Virus record (IMG/VR): IMGVR_UViG_3300029998_000014
Length of the DNA stretch: 64,000 bases
Strand: one strand, 5' to 3'
Source of the DNA: a virus
Lineage: Duplodnaviria > Heunggongvirae > Uroviricota > Caudoviricetes
Under the pieces are notes generated by a model, which saw nothing but the letters and a program-made list of their open reading frames with translations, had not been told where the DNA came from and did no database searches. The position numbers were made by a program, and so were the translations under genes. Position 1 is the first letter of the stretch. Every line of letters starts with the position of its first letter. Below, one piece after another: positions 8,154 through 18,023 of this stretch.

Positions 8154-8561
8154 TTAATGAATTGTTTGTAATATACTCACACAATCAGCAGCTTCTTTTA
8201 AACCAAAACGTGATATTTCTTTAAGAATCTTTACAGCTGCAAGTTTAGAACCAGCATCAAATTCTGTTATTATTCTATCAAGTTCTTTATTATCAACACT
8301 ATAACCAAAATCAGTATTGACTTTTGTGATTTCTTTTCTTAATGCAGAACGTTTTGTAATACGTAAAGATAATACAGCATCAAGACCTGCGTCAACTTCA
8401 GGTTCTGTGTTATTAGCATTATTAGCTTCAGTTAAATCCAATGGAATTCCTGCAGCCATACCTTTAAGTAATGTGATTAATGCGGAATTAAATCCAACAT
8501 CCTTATCATTCTTAGGATTCGTAATCAACGCTCCTATTATATATTTCTCAATATCAGTCAT
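8154..8561 (-). CDS. Ribosomal protein L7/L12 (bL12)-like protein
   Basis: C-terminus ELDRIITEFDAGSKLAAVKILKEISRFGLKEAADCV resembles the bL12 C-terminal domain (EFDV...[27 protein letters not shown]). The N-terminal Ala/Gly-rich helix is also bL12-like. Confidence 0.5.
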   Translation of the reverse strand: MTDIEKYIIGALITNPKNDKDVGFNSALITLLKGMAAGIPLDLTEANNANNTEPEVDAGLDAVLSLRITKRSALRKEITKVNTDFGYSVDNKELDRIITEFDAGSKLAAVKILKEISRFGLKEAADCVSILQTIH

Positions 8562-8565
8562 TATT

Positions 8566-9066
8566 CTATTCTTTAGGGAATTCTAGTTCTTGTTGAACTT
8601 TTTTTGGTGGAACTTTATAGTTCATTGGCATCATTGTTATAATACCATTTCTTACATACATCTCAGCACAACGATTATCATCATCAAATGCCATAAGAAT
8701 GTCATACTCTTCTTGAAGCTTCTTTAAAGTAGCTTCTTTCGATAAATATGATTTAGTATAGTCTATACCTTGTTTCATGAATAATTTATATTCATCATCA
8801 TACAGAAGTCCTCCGTCTTCTAGTTTTTCAATTAACCATGCTTCGGTTTGAGGTCTTACTCGTTCAGGTCTCCCTGTAACAAGTAAAATCATATATCCTT
8901 GCATAGCTAGTGATTGCATTAGTTCACCAACACTTTTAATAAGCACGTCACCTGATAAATCACTCCAATCAAAAGGACTTCTGTTAGTATGATACAAAGT
9001 AGTAAGATCTAAATCAAAGATTACTGCTTTTTCTTTTTCCATAAGTTTTTTAAACTTGGTTTCCAT
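8566..9066 (-). CDS. HAD-superfamily phosphatase
   Basis: HAD motif I in FDLDLTT. Downstream LLVTGRP and FDDD are assigned here as HAD motifs III/IV (less certain than the DxDxT motif). Confidence 0.6.
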   Translation of the reverse strand: METKFKKLMEKEKAVIFDLDLTTLYHTNRSPFDWSDLSGDVLIKSVGELMQSLAMQGYMILLVTGRPERVRPQTEAWLIEKLEDGGLLYDDEYKLFMKQGIDYTKSYLSKEATLKKLQEEYDILMAFDDDNRCAEMYVRNGIITMMPMNYKVPPKKVQQELEFPKE

Positions 9067-9248
9067 TTAAATATTTTTGATATTGTAATAATGTAATAAA
9101 TACTAAAAATTACAACAATCCAACTCATGAAAGCCCAGGCAACTTCACATTTTTCATAATCATGATCACACAAATCATTAACAAATGATAACATGAATAT
9201 TGATAATATTACTCCGATAAAATACCAGATTAAAAATGTTATAAACAT
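9021..9248 (-). CDS. Small membrane protein
   Basis: 75 aa, two hydrophobic helices. Confidence 0.4.
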   Translation of the reverse strand: MFITFLIWYFIGVILSIFMLSFVNDLCDHDYEKCEVAWAFMSWIVVIFSIYYIITISKIFKWKPSLKNLWKKKKQ

Positions 9249-9297
9249 AATGTTAGTATAAAAATTACACTGGGAAATTAATCCCAGTGTAATTTAG

Positions 9298-10728
9298 TTA
9301 TTTACTTGTTTTTAAATCGGCTTCAAGATAACTCTTAGCAATAGTGCGAATTTCTGTCCAATGTTGATCTCTCATTAATTTACCATTACGATAAACTATT
9401 TCAAGTTCATCAGCATATCCATTATTAATACCATATTGTTCTTTAGAACTTTCGATAGTAATGAATTCTGATCCGGCTTTATGAAGTTTCAAAATACCAG
9501 CTTTTGAAGCTTTAGTCATATCTCCTTTAGGAGATTTACGAATATCTTTTGATTCTCCATCAATTACAGCGAAACAGCATTTTACTGCCCAACGATCTGT
9601 ATCTCTGGTCAATCCTTCAACAAGCAAACCACCACCTGAACCAACCGCAAAGTTTTCACAAGACCAACCAGTTTTAATGTATTCTGAATAAATATCAACG
9701 ATTGAATTTTCATTCATACCATCTCCTTGAATTAAGCCTACATTATGATTAATTACTCTGTAATCTACTTCATTTAAGTGATATCCAAAAATATTACCAA
9801 GCATTTCAGAATACTTAATCATATTTGTTAACGGAACACCAGAATCCGGACGTAAAATAGTTCTACCTGGACGTGCGATAATACGTTGTTTGATTGCTTC
9901 TGAACCAATAACATTTTTAATGAAATTAGTATCATCATAAGAATCAATAACAATTGATACCATAGCATCGTCACCAGCGCGATCAAATTGAGCATTGACA
10001 TAATCAAATTCTCCCTGACCAGGACCAAATACAGTTGCTACTGAGTGTTCAGTTGCCCATACAGATTTTCCTACGGTTGCATCTCCGTAATAGTCTTCAA
10101 TAAATTCCATTGCTGGAACATTATCAGAACCATCAGAAAAGATTAAAGCAGCAGAACCACCTAAACAAGCAGCTTCATGACCTTGAGCACCTCTTAATCC
10201 AAAATCATTAACTACATAATCCAACATAGCGTTGTTAGTAGAGATTTTGAATGATGGAGTAATACCTTTATGAATATTATACATACGAGTAGCAACGGCA
10301 ACTGGATACCAATTCCACATTAACCAAGGTTCGAAGTGACTAACCATTGGTGCAAACCACTCTTCAGTAGCTTCAATTGTATAACAAACATTACCAGTTG
10401 GAACAACAGTTCCTTCTTTTACAGCTTTGATTTCTAAAGGATAATATCCTAAATCGCGAACTTTTTCCCAAATTTCTTGAGGGAAATAACCAGGGTTACC
10501 AAAAGTATTTAAACTTCTACGAGCACCACGTTCAATATCTTCATTAGTGACAACAGTCATAAAATATTCTTTTATGAAATATTGTATACCATAGAAAACA
10601 ATATGAGAGTGTTGACCTCCTACACGAGGTTCTCCATAAGACATAAGTCTTGTCAATCCCGAAGGACGTTGCGTCCAATGCACAAATTTATATGCATCAG
10701 TTGCGGTTGTTGGATGAAATTTTGGCAT
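9298..10728 (-). CDS. nadV: Nicotinamide phosphoribosyltransferase (NAMPT/NadV)
   Basis: 476 aa. Motif DFGLRGAQGHEAACLGGSAALIFSDGSDNVPAM aligns with the NAMPT active-site region [33 protein letters not shown]. Confidence 0.85.
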   Translation of the reverse strand: MPKFHPTTATDAYKFVHWTQRPSGLTRLMSYGEPRVGGQHSHIVFYGIQYFIKEYFMTVVTNEDIERGARRSLNTFGNPGYFPQEIWEKVRDLGYYPLEIKAVKEGTVVPTGNVCYTIEATEEWFAPMVSHFEPWLMWNWYPVAVATRMYNIHKGITPSFKISTNNAMLDYVVNDFGLRGAQGHEAACLGGSAALIFSDGSDNVPAMEFIEDYYGDATVGKSVWATEHSVATVFGPGQGEFDYVNAQFDRAGDDAMVSIVIDSYDDTNFIKNVIGSEAIKQRIIARPGRTILRPDSGVPLTNMIKYSEMLGNIFGYHLNEVDYRVINHNVGLIQGDGMNENSIVDIYSEYIKTGWSCENFAVGSGGGLLVEGLTRDTDRWAVKCCFAVIDGESKDIRKSPKGDMTKASKAGILKLHKAGSEFITIESSKEQYGINNGYADELEIVYRNGKLMRDQHWTEIRTIAKSYLEADLKTSK

Positions 10729-11175
10729 TTATTTAAATTTATTTTTAAATTCTTCAATACTATTGTATAAAGGAATATTATATTTAGAACATACAATTTC
10801 TATATTACCTTTTCTCCAAAATCCTTCAGGACAAATTACATGTAACTTTTTAGAAGTTGCATATAAACCTAATTCTAATAAACTAATTGGAGACATAGTT
10901 TTAGGATCAAAATACATAATAATTATATCAGAAAAATCTAATGCGTGTAATTCCCAAGAAACTTGTTGAAAAAATTCAGGATTATCAAAAGATTGAACCC
11001 AAGAACTATCCCAATTATCTCTACGAGGATTAAATATATTAAAATCTTTTTCAAAATATTTTGTCATAGTATCTTGCCAATTTTCAGCTTGACCCATTTC
11101 AATACTACCTGCTAAAAACATAGAAGGTTTATGTATATCTCGTTGATTTATATTATTTGGAGCTTTAATTACCAT
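10729..11175 (-). CDS. Nucleoside 2-deoxyribosyltransferase-like (NDT/DNPH1 fold) protein
   Basis: N-terminal MFLAGSIEMG... motif typical of the NDT-fold family. Sits between nadV and natV. Confidence 0.55.
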   Translation of the reverse strand: MVIKAPNNINQRDIHKPSMFLAGSIEMGQAENWQDTMTKYFEKDFNIFNPRRDNWDSSWVQSFDNPEFFQQVSWELHALDFSDIIIMYFDPKTMSPISLLELGLYATSKKLHVICPEGFWRKGNIEIVCSKYNIPLYNSIEEFKNKFK

Positions 11176-11303
11176 TGTTTAAATATGATCGTTAATGTTT
11201 TTAATGAATGTACCTAATACAATTATTACAACGATACAAATACCTGTAAAAATTATACCTTCTTGTAAATTCATTGTAGTAATTGCGTTAAAGTACGTTT
11301 CCA

Positions 11304-11642
11304 TTATAGTTTTATTAATTTAATAAATTTTGAAGTGTCTTGTTTAATAACATCGTGTTGAAATCTTTCATAAAATTTAATATCAACTGCTTCAAATTCA
11401 TGAACAAACCATCCAAATTTTTGAAGTTTAATAATATCTGCTTTAGGAAACCATTGATATAAACCCTCTAATGATTCAGTAACTGATAACCAGCCTACTA
11501 ATTTAGGATCAAAATCCATTTCAAGTTTTGAATTTAAACAAAAATTAAAATCATTATGAATTAATCCTGTAAAAATACCTTTATAATCATACCATAAACC
11601 TTGATGGGTATTTATGTTACATACTCTGTAGTATTTTTTCAT
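11304..11642 (-). CDS. Hypothetical protein
   Basis: 112-aa ORF; overlaps natV by ATGA. Confidence 0.45.
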   Translation of the reverse strand: MKKYYRVCNINTHQGLWYDYKGIFTGLIHNDFNFCLNSKLEMDFDPKLVGWLSVTESLEGLYQWFPKADIIKLQKFGWFVHEFEAVDIKFYERFQHDVIKQDTSKFIKLIKL

Positions 11643-12538
11643 TTTTCAGTATTTTTTAATAAGTCAACTAATAACTTTTTATGTTCTCCAACCAAGATTT
11701 TGTCTAGCTCAGGACCGTATGGGAACCATTTTAAGGCAGCAATATCATCTTGAGGTTGTGGACTACCAAAAGTATATTTACATTTGTATAAATGCGTCAT
11801 AATTTTAGCATCATGTGAATTCTTATATCGCCAATCTTCTACACGTTTTGAACAAACGAATTCAAAGTCAGCAAGTTCAAGACCTGTTTCTTCTCTACCT
11901 TCACGACGAGCAGCAGCTTCATCGGATTCATCAGTAACATCAACAAATCCTCCAACAAAACACCATTCTTTTTCATCAGGTTTTTGACCTAATAGAATTT
12001 CACCTTTTTCATTAAAGATTGCAACATCAACTGTTGAAAATGAGCGGGGATATTGTGAAAAAACCGAATAAATTATACCAGCTCTGAAATCAGATGATGC
12101 TAATATACGTCCGGCAACTTTCTTTCTAATATCTGTTGCAGATATATAGACTTCTGGTTCAAGTTCAGTTGTTTTCCAATTTCCAGTATAATATGGAATA
12201 AACGAATCTTTACCTCCATAAAGAGTAACTGTTCCAGATGGAAAAATATCTCTTACTTTAGTACGAATTTGAGTAGACCATACTTCATTGGATTTACAAT
12301 CAGCAAGTGGTACAATTGAAGATATTCTATTTCTAAAATGTGCTTCGATCATAGCTTTACGGGTAATAAAATCCAATGGATTTCTTTGAGTACCCATTGC
12401 AGATGTAGTTCCTAAGAATAAAATTACCTTTTCGTGGTTTGCAAGAACATGTTCAATTAACTTGATATGTTCAGTATGCAATTCGTGTAGCTGAAATCTC
12501 CCGATAACAACTCCAATTTCTGTTTGAGTTTCGTTCAT
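11639..12538 (-). CDS. natV: Bifunctional NMN adenylyltransferase (NadM-type) + Nudix hydrolase (NatV-like)
   Basis: N-terminus GVVIGRFQLHELHTEH resembles the NadM nucleotidyltransferase motif (GRFQPxHxGH). The C-terminal half has the Nudix box REGREETGLE... Confidence 0.8.
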   Translation of the reverse strand: MNETQTEIGVVIGRFQLHELHTEHIKLIEHVLANHEKVILFLGTTSAMGTQRNPLDFITRKAMIEAHFRNRISSIVPLADCKSNEVWSTQIRTKVRDIFPSGTVTLYGGKDSFIPYYTGNWKTTELEPEVYISATDIRKKVAGRILASSDFRAGIIYSVFSQYPRSFSTVDVAIFNEKGEILLGQKPDEKEWCFVGGFVDVTDESDEAAARREGREETGLELADFEFVCSKRVEDWRYKNSHDAKIMTHLYKCKYTFGSPQPQDDIAALKWFPYGPELDKILVGEHKKLLVDLLKNTEK

Positions 12539-12906
12539 TATGGATTTAAAAATTGTTTTAGCAATTCATCATTTAATATTGTGTCTGAATTATTTGCATA
12601 AAATTCCGCAAAATCAAACATTTGTTGTTTAGTAAATTTAGGAATATTAATAAAATATAATTCTTTAAATTGTTCAAAAGTAATTTCTTCTCCTCTAAGT
12701 TGATCAAATATACCTTGTACAATATCTGATCCAGATCTCGCCTCAAGATTATTTACTACAATAGAAATATCATTACTATCTGAATGTTCTTTAATGTTAG
12801 TTGTGTGTGATCCTACCCATGAACAATTATTTTTAAATATTATTTCTTGAACAAATTTAAATTGATCCCTAGTAAGATGATGTATTTTAAAATTTTCGAT
12901 TATCAT
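12538..12906 (-). CDS. Paralog family B, member 1 (unknown function)
   Basis: N-terminus MIIENFKIHHLTRDQFKFVQEIIFKNNCSW; C-terminus FAEFYANN. Confidence 0.55.
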   Translation of the reverse strand: MIIENFKIHHLTRDQFKFVQEIIFKNNCSWVGSHTTNIKEHSDSNDISIVVNNLEARSGSDIVQGIFDQLRGEEITFEQFKELYFINIPKFTKQQMFDFAEFYANNSDTILNDELLKQFLNP

Positions 12907-13274
12907 AATTTTAAGAAGTCAGTTAATACATCATCTGGAGATGATGCGCCAACTATATTGTTAGTGTAATATTCAGCAAATGCAAGGATTTTCTCTCTAG
13001 ATATACGTAAAGTATTAGCATATTTTTCTTTAAATTGATCATATGTTAATTCTTCTCCTTCAAGACCATCAAATGTACTTTGGGTAACTACTACACCGGA
13101 TCTTAACATACCTTTAGATGTCATACATAAAGTAATAGTATTACTAGGACTAAACATTCTTAAATCTTTATCTAAGCTGCTTCCCCATCCACCACCATCG
13201 CGAAATACCATATTTTGAACAATTTTAGATTGTTCATTATCAAGATGATATATTTTAAAAGGTTTTATTTCCAT
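12903..13274 (-). CDS. Paralog family B, member 2
   Basis: MEIKPFKIYHLDNEQSKIVQNMVFRDGGGW ... FAEYYTNN. Confidence 0.55.
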   Translation of the reverse strand: MEIKPFKIYHLDNEQSKIVQNMVFRDGGGWGSSLDKDLRMFSPSNTITLCMTSKGMLRSGVVVTQSTFDGLEGEELTYDQFKEKYANTLRISREKILAFAEYYTNNIVGASSPDDVLTDFLKL

Positions 13275-13647
13275 TTTTTGGTTTTATAAAGTTATCAAAT
13301 AATTGTTCTATTGTTAATTCATCATTTAAATGATCCATACAATATTTAGCAAAATCAATACAAGTTTGTCTACTTGTTTCACCTTTACCAAAATATCTAA
13401 TTTTAAATTCTTCTAATGTTATTTCAGGATTATCATGATTATGAAAATATCCTCCAATAGTTGCATCACCAGTTATAGTATTATTTAAATAATGATATAA
13501 CCCTTTCCACGAACTACCTTGGCTATCAACAAGATTAACTTCTGATTTACCATTTCTCCATTTTGAACCATTTTGAAATAATAGTTTTTGAACAAATATG
13601 GACTCTTCTGGATTATTTACTCTTATTTTAAAATTCTCATTTATCAT
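13255..13647 (-). CDS. Paralog family B, member 3
   Basis: MINENFKIRVNNPEESIFVQKLLFQNGSKW ... FAKYCMDHLNDELTIEQLF. Confidence 0.55.
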   Translation of the reverse strand: MINENFKIRVNNPEESIFVQKLLFQNGSKWRNGKSEVNLVDSQGSSWKGLYHYLNNTITGDATIGGYFHNHDNPEITLEEFKIRYFGKGETSRQTCIDFAKYCMDHLNDELTIEQLFDNFIKPKNGNKTF

Positions 13648-14032
13648 TTTTCAGATTTAATATATATTCATCATATAATTCTTCAAATGTTTTTTCATCA
13701 TTTAAATGGTTCATACAATATTGTACAAACAAAACATATTTATTTTTTTCTGAATGAATAGAGTCAGTTACATATTTACTACAAAAATCTGCAAATGATA
13801 TTTCATTTTTATCATGTCTATTAAACGATGATGTAGAAGTTATATCAGTAAATCCTCCAATTTTTTTAGTTACAGAATTATATTCAAGTCCATTCCAATT
13901 TATATTTGGATTAGGTCCAAATAAAACTGTTTCTTGACCTTCTCTCCATTTAGCTCCATTAGAAAACAAAGTTTCTTGAACTATTTTATGTTCTCTTTCA
14001 TCTGCAATTTTAATTTTAAAACTTTCAATCAT
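13637..14032 (-). CDS. Paralog family B, member 4
   Basis: Start placed at MIESFKIKIADEREHKIVQETLFSNGAKW ... VQYCMNHLNDEKTFEELY. Confidence 0.55.
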   Translation of the reverse strand: MIESFKIKIADEREHKIVQETLFSNGAKWREGQETVLFGPNPNINWNGLEYNSVTKKIGGFTDITSTSSFNRHDKNEISFADFCSKYVTDSIHSEKNKYVLFVQYCMNHLNDEKTFEELYDEYILNLKNDK

Positions 14033-14393
14033 TTTTCCAATCTTTAAATAGTTCTTGTGGCGTTTTTTCATCATTAAGGTGATCCATGTAATATTCAATG
14101 AATTTAAACATGATATCAGTAGTAATTATAACATTTTTAGTTGAAACATTAAAAATATCATATTTTTCAATAAATTCATCATAAGTAATTTCTTTATGCT
14201 CATGATCATCAAAATGTACATTAGTATTTCCAAAACCAGTCATTTGTTTTGAATGATATCTATAACAAATTCCTTCATAATAAAATGAAGATAAAAATTT
14301 CTCTAATAAACCCATACTACTTAATATTCTCTGAACAGTTTTTATTTGATCAGGATTACTAACTTTCATCTTAAAATTTTCTACTATTTCCAT
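14025..14393 (-). CDS. Paralog family B, member 5
   Basis: MEIVENFKMKVSNPDQIKTVQRIL ... IEYYMDHLNDEKTPQELF. Confidence 0.55.
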   Translation of the reverse strand: MEIVENFKMKVSNPDQIKTVQRILSSMGLLEKFLSSFYYEGICYRYHSKQMTGFGNTNVHFDDHEHKEITYDEFIEKYDIFNVSTKNVIITTDIMFKFIEYYMDHLNDEKTPQELFKDWKND

Positions 14394-14408
14394 TTAATTT
14401 CAATTTAA

Positions 14409-14815
<407 letters not shown>

Positions 14816-14836
14816 GAGTATTTTAAAAAGAACAAC

Positions 14837-15109
14837 CTATCGGTTGTTCTCTCTATGTGCTAATTCTAATTCAAAAAAATCTTGAAGACTTTTATCACAT
14901 TTAATATCACCACGTTGCATTGCTGCAATAATGTTACTAACGTGTTTATCGTCTAAATCAGGAACTTTAACTTTTTTACCAGCTTTAGTTATCCAATTCA
15001 TACGATCTCTATCTTCTAGACTATAAGGTCCAACAGTACTAGCTGTTGCTACACCTTCGAGTAATATAATTTCTTTACTCATGTTCTTTGGATATGGTAA
15101 TAGTTTCAA
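14837..15109 (-). CDS. Hypothetical protein
   Basis: 90-aa ORF. Confidence 0.45.
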   Translation of the reverse strand: MKLLPYPKNMSKEIILLEGVATASTVGPYSLEDRDRMNWITKAGKKVKVPDLDDKHVSNIIAAMQRGDIKCDKSLQDFFELELAHRENNR

Positions 15110-15362
15110 TAGGTTTCTCTTTATTTACTTGTTTTACAAGTTCAATAGTATCATCGGAACCTTTTTTGTAACCTTCTTTATATCCTTTAAGATTCTCATT
15201 AACACCTAAAATAGCTAGTGCAATAGAAAGTACTATCCATCCGATTACATTTAACCAGTTTGGTGCAGAAACACTAAAAGGTTTAAATGATATTTTTAAT
15301 TCAGACATTAATACTAATGCTGCAACTGCTAAAATAATTGTAATAATTGTTCCCATTTTCAT
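15075..15362 (-). CDS. Membrane protein (2 TM helices)
   Basis: 95 aa, hydrophobic N-terminus. Confidence 0.45.
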   Translation of the reverse strand: MKMGTIITIILAVAALVLMSELKISFKPFSVSAPNWLNVIGWIVLSIALAILGVNENLKGYKEGYKKGSDDTIELVKQVNKEKPIETITISKEHE

Positions 15363-15363
15363 T

Positions 15364-15681
15364 TTAATGAAGTTTTAATTTAAGTGTATCCTTTTGTAAT
15401 TTTAACGTCTTGATTAATTCTTTATGACGTTGAATATTATCCCAAAGATCTTGGGATTCTCCATCACCCCAATAATACTGACGTTTAATTTTACATATGT
15501 ATATTTTTGCTTTAACGTATTTTTTCAACAATTCACAATAATCACAGTCGCAAAATTCATTGTGAGCATCTATCATTTTCAGATAGACGCCCACAATTAT
15601 TTCTTGTGACGATTTTTTAACGATAGCATCTACTTTTCGTTGTAAAGTCGCCAGTTTCATACTACTTTGATGCTTCCGCAA
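15364..15681 (-). CDS. Hypothetical Cys-containing protein
   Basis: 105 aa; contains CDCDYC. Confidence 0.45.
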   Translation of the reverse strand: MRKHQSSMKLATLQRKVDAIVKKSSQEIIVGVYLKMIDAHNEFCDCDYCELLKKYVKAKIYICKIKRQYYWGDGESQDLWDNIQRHKELIKTLKLQKDTLKLKLH

Positions 15682-16138
15682 GTTTGTTGTACGAGTCAGC
15701 TGTGTTAGCTGCTAAAGCAATTTCAATAGCTTTAGTAAGTTTTTCCAAACTTTCTTTAGCTTTTTTGATTTCTTTATAACGAGCTTCTGACATTTTAGTC
15801 TTTGGCTCGCCATCAACATATTCAGTAATATCATCATAATTGATTTTACTTAATGCGGCTTTAGCAGCATCTTGTTTTTCAATTGATTTAAACAAAATAT
15901 CAACACGTTTGTTAATTTCAGTATTAGCCATTTTGTCTATTACTGCGGCTGAGATAGTATCGTTACTTCCAGCAATTTTTTCTGCTACTTTTTCTTGAAT
16001 AGTCATCTTTTTTTGTTTTGATTTTTTAGAATGATAATGCGTAAGAACTTTTTGAAAGTTTAATTTCAACACCTTCAGCATATTTACAAACAACCACACC
16101 ATCAATAATAGAATATGGTCGTTCGAATAATTTAACAC
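15662..16138 (-). CDS. Hypothetical coiled-coil protein
   Basis: 158 aa; lysine-rich helical C-terminal half. Confidence 0.45.
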   Translation of the reverse strand: MLNYSNDHILLLMVWLFVNMLKVLKLNFQKVLTHYHSKKSKQKKMTIQEKVAEKIAGSNDTISAAVIDKMANTEINKRVDILFKSIEKQDAAKAALSKINYDDITEYVDGEPKTKMSEARYKEIKKAKESLEKLTKAIEIALAANTADSYNKLAEASK

Positions 16139-17045
16139 TGGTATAATCCGGCAATAATTTTGTCAATTCTTTTGGATAACCAGATTGATAATATGCAATA
16201 ATTACAGGGTTCTTACGATAATTTACAAATTGACCATCACATTTATAATCAGTTCCTTTATAAGTAACTGTAATATTGAAATATTCAGGTTCAGCGGTCA
16301 AGTTAAGGAACTTGGCGCATTCAAGAGCAGATTCATCAAATAAATTTACTTCCCGGATAATAGATGTAAGTACATCCATTGTCAACATATCAACAGTTTC
16401 AACAAATTTGTCAACTGAATCACGATATGCAGGTTTTTTAAGTAAATCATCAACAATTTCAGCAACTGTAGCGGCATCAAGTTTACTGTAAATTTTGTGA
16501 TATTTAACACGATTCAAACGATTTTTCAATTTGTTATTAATTGAAGAAGGATCGTTTGCAGTTAATAAGAAAATCAATTTAGTATGATACATACCATCCA
16601 TTAATGTCAATAATGAATTTGATTCTTCATCACGACGATATACTTTCTCAAATTCATCAATAAAGATAATAGAATCAGAAAAGTGTGGATCAGAAATGAA
16701 TGCTTCAAAACCGGGACCATTGTATGCTTCAGTGATAAAAATAACAGGTTTGTTCATTCTTTGACAGAATAACTGAGCAGCTACTGTTTTACCTGTTCCT
16801 TTTGTACCAGATAATAAAATACCAAGATTTTTAGCACTATTGTGTTCGTAAGATTTAATCCAACGATCAATAAAGTTGAAATCACCATAAAGTTTTGAAG
16901 GTAATTTAAAATCAATTTGTTGAGTAAGGAAAAATTGTTCATTACTTTCATTAAATTGTAAGGCATAATTACCAACGGGTAATTTATCGTGAGAACCAGT
17001 AATATTGCCTATAGTATAGACTTTATTATTTTGAATAATTGGCAT
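16026..17045 (-). CDS. AAA+ ATPase
   Basis: Walker A GTKGTGKT and Walker B IIFIDEFEK. Confidence 0.65.
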   Translation of the reverse strand: MPIIQNNKVYTIGNITGSHDKLPVGNYALQFNESNEQFFLTQQIDFKLPSKLYGDFNFIDRWIKSYEHNSAKNLGILLSGTKGTGKTVAAQLFCQRMNKPVIFITEAYNGPGFEAFISDPHFSDSIIFIDEFEKVYRRDEESNSLLTLMDGMYHTKLIFLLTANDPSSINNKLKNRLNRVKYHKIYSKLDAATVAEIVDDLLKKPAYRDSVDKFVETVDMLTMDVLTSIIREVNLFDESALECAKFLNLTAEPEYFNITVTYKGTDYKCDGQFVNYRKNPVIIAYYQSGYPKELTKLLPDYTSVKLFERPYSIIDGVVVCKYAEGVEIKLSKSSYALSF

Positions 17046-17078
17046 ATCTAATATTTTATTTGTTTTTGTTTTTGATTT

Positions 17079-17119
17079 AAAAAAGATCCGCTCTCACACA
17101 TAGGAGAGCAGATCTTTAC
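17079..17119 (-). terminator. Rho-independent terminator downstream of the SPFH gene
   Basis: Minus-sense sequence GATCTGCTCTCC-TATGTGT-GAGAGCGGATC followed by TTTTTT. Confidence 0.6.
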
Positions 17120-17136
17120 AATTTTTCAATTTATTA

Positions 17137-18012
17137 TTACTTCATTTGCATCATGAAGCTATTACCGGCAGCACCAGTAACATAAGTAGGAACGTGTGAA
17201 CCACCTTCTTGCCATGCTTCAATCCAACGCATTTGAACCAACAACGGAGTTAAAGTAGAATTCTTAAGTTTATTAGCTTCAGCTTCTGCACGTGCATTAG
17301 TAAGCATAGCTTCAGCATCACCTTGTGCTTTAGCTACTTTAATTTTAGCTTCTGCTTCGGCTTTAACAACCTCATTTTGCGCACGTTGCGCATCTTGTGT
17401 CATCTGAACTTTAGAATTCAACGCATCTTTAATAGATTGAGGTATACGTACTGATCCAATTAAAGATAGACGATCTACTACAATTCCATTAGGAGCGAGT
17501 TGAGCTTTAACAAGTTTTGATACTGTGTCAATTAGTAAACCTTTACCGTTACCATAAACAGATTCAACCGGCATATTACCAGCTACTCTATTCAAAGCAT
17601 CACGAATGGCATTACGAACTACAGTACCACGAATTTCTTCTACGCCTTTACGATAAGTTGTATACATTTTCGGCAATTTATCCATATCAAAGTGCATAGC
17701 AAGACCTAAATCTACTCCACATTCCATACCTTCTTTGGTTTGAAATGTAAATTCTTCATTAGTGTCAGAGCCTTCAGATTTGTCATGAGTAAATGTCCAG
17801 TTTACTTGGAAAGTAGGAAAATCGAAATAATCCTGACCAAAACCAGAGTAATAAGTACCGGGGCCTACTGGAACTGGTTGAACACCTTTGTCTGAACCAT
17901 AACGTTCATTAATTACAGAGGCATAACCCGGATCAGTTGTGTGCATACAAGAAGTTAAAGACATTGAGAGAACAGCAATTACGCAAATTGCTAAAAACTT
18001 GAAGTTTTTCAT
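17137..18012 (-). CDS. SPFH/Band-7 (prohibitin/HflK-like) lipoprotein
   Basis: Lipoprotein signal MKNFKFLAICVIAVLSMSLTSC; Ala/Glu-rich QDAQRAQNEVVKAEAEAKIKVAKAQGDAEA segment typical of the SPFH C-terminus. Confidence 0.6.
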   Translation of the reverse strand: MKNFKFLAICVIAVLSMSLTSCMHTTDPGYASVINERYGSDKGVQPVPVGPGTYYSGFGQDYFDFPTFQVNWTFTHDKSEGSDTNEEFTFQTKEGMECGVDLGLAMHFDMDKLPKMYTTYRKGVEEIRGTVVRNAIRDALNRVAGNMPVESVYGNGKGLLIDTVSKLVKAQLAPNGIVVDRLSLIGSVRIPQSIKDALNSKVQMTQDAQRAQNEVVKAEAEAKIKVAKAQGDAEAMLTNARAEAEANKLKNSTLTPLLVQMRWIEAWQEGGSHVPTYVTGAAGNSFMMQMK

Positions 18013-18023
18013 TTTTTGTTGTT

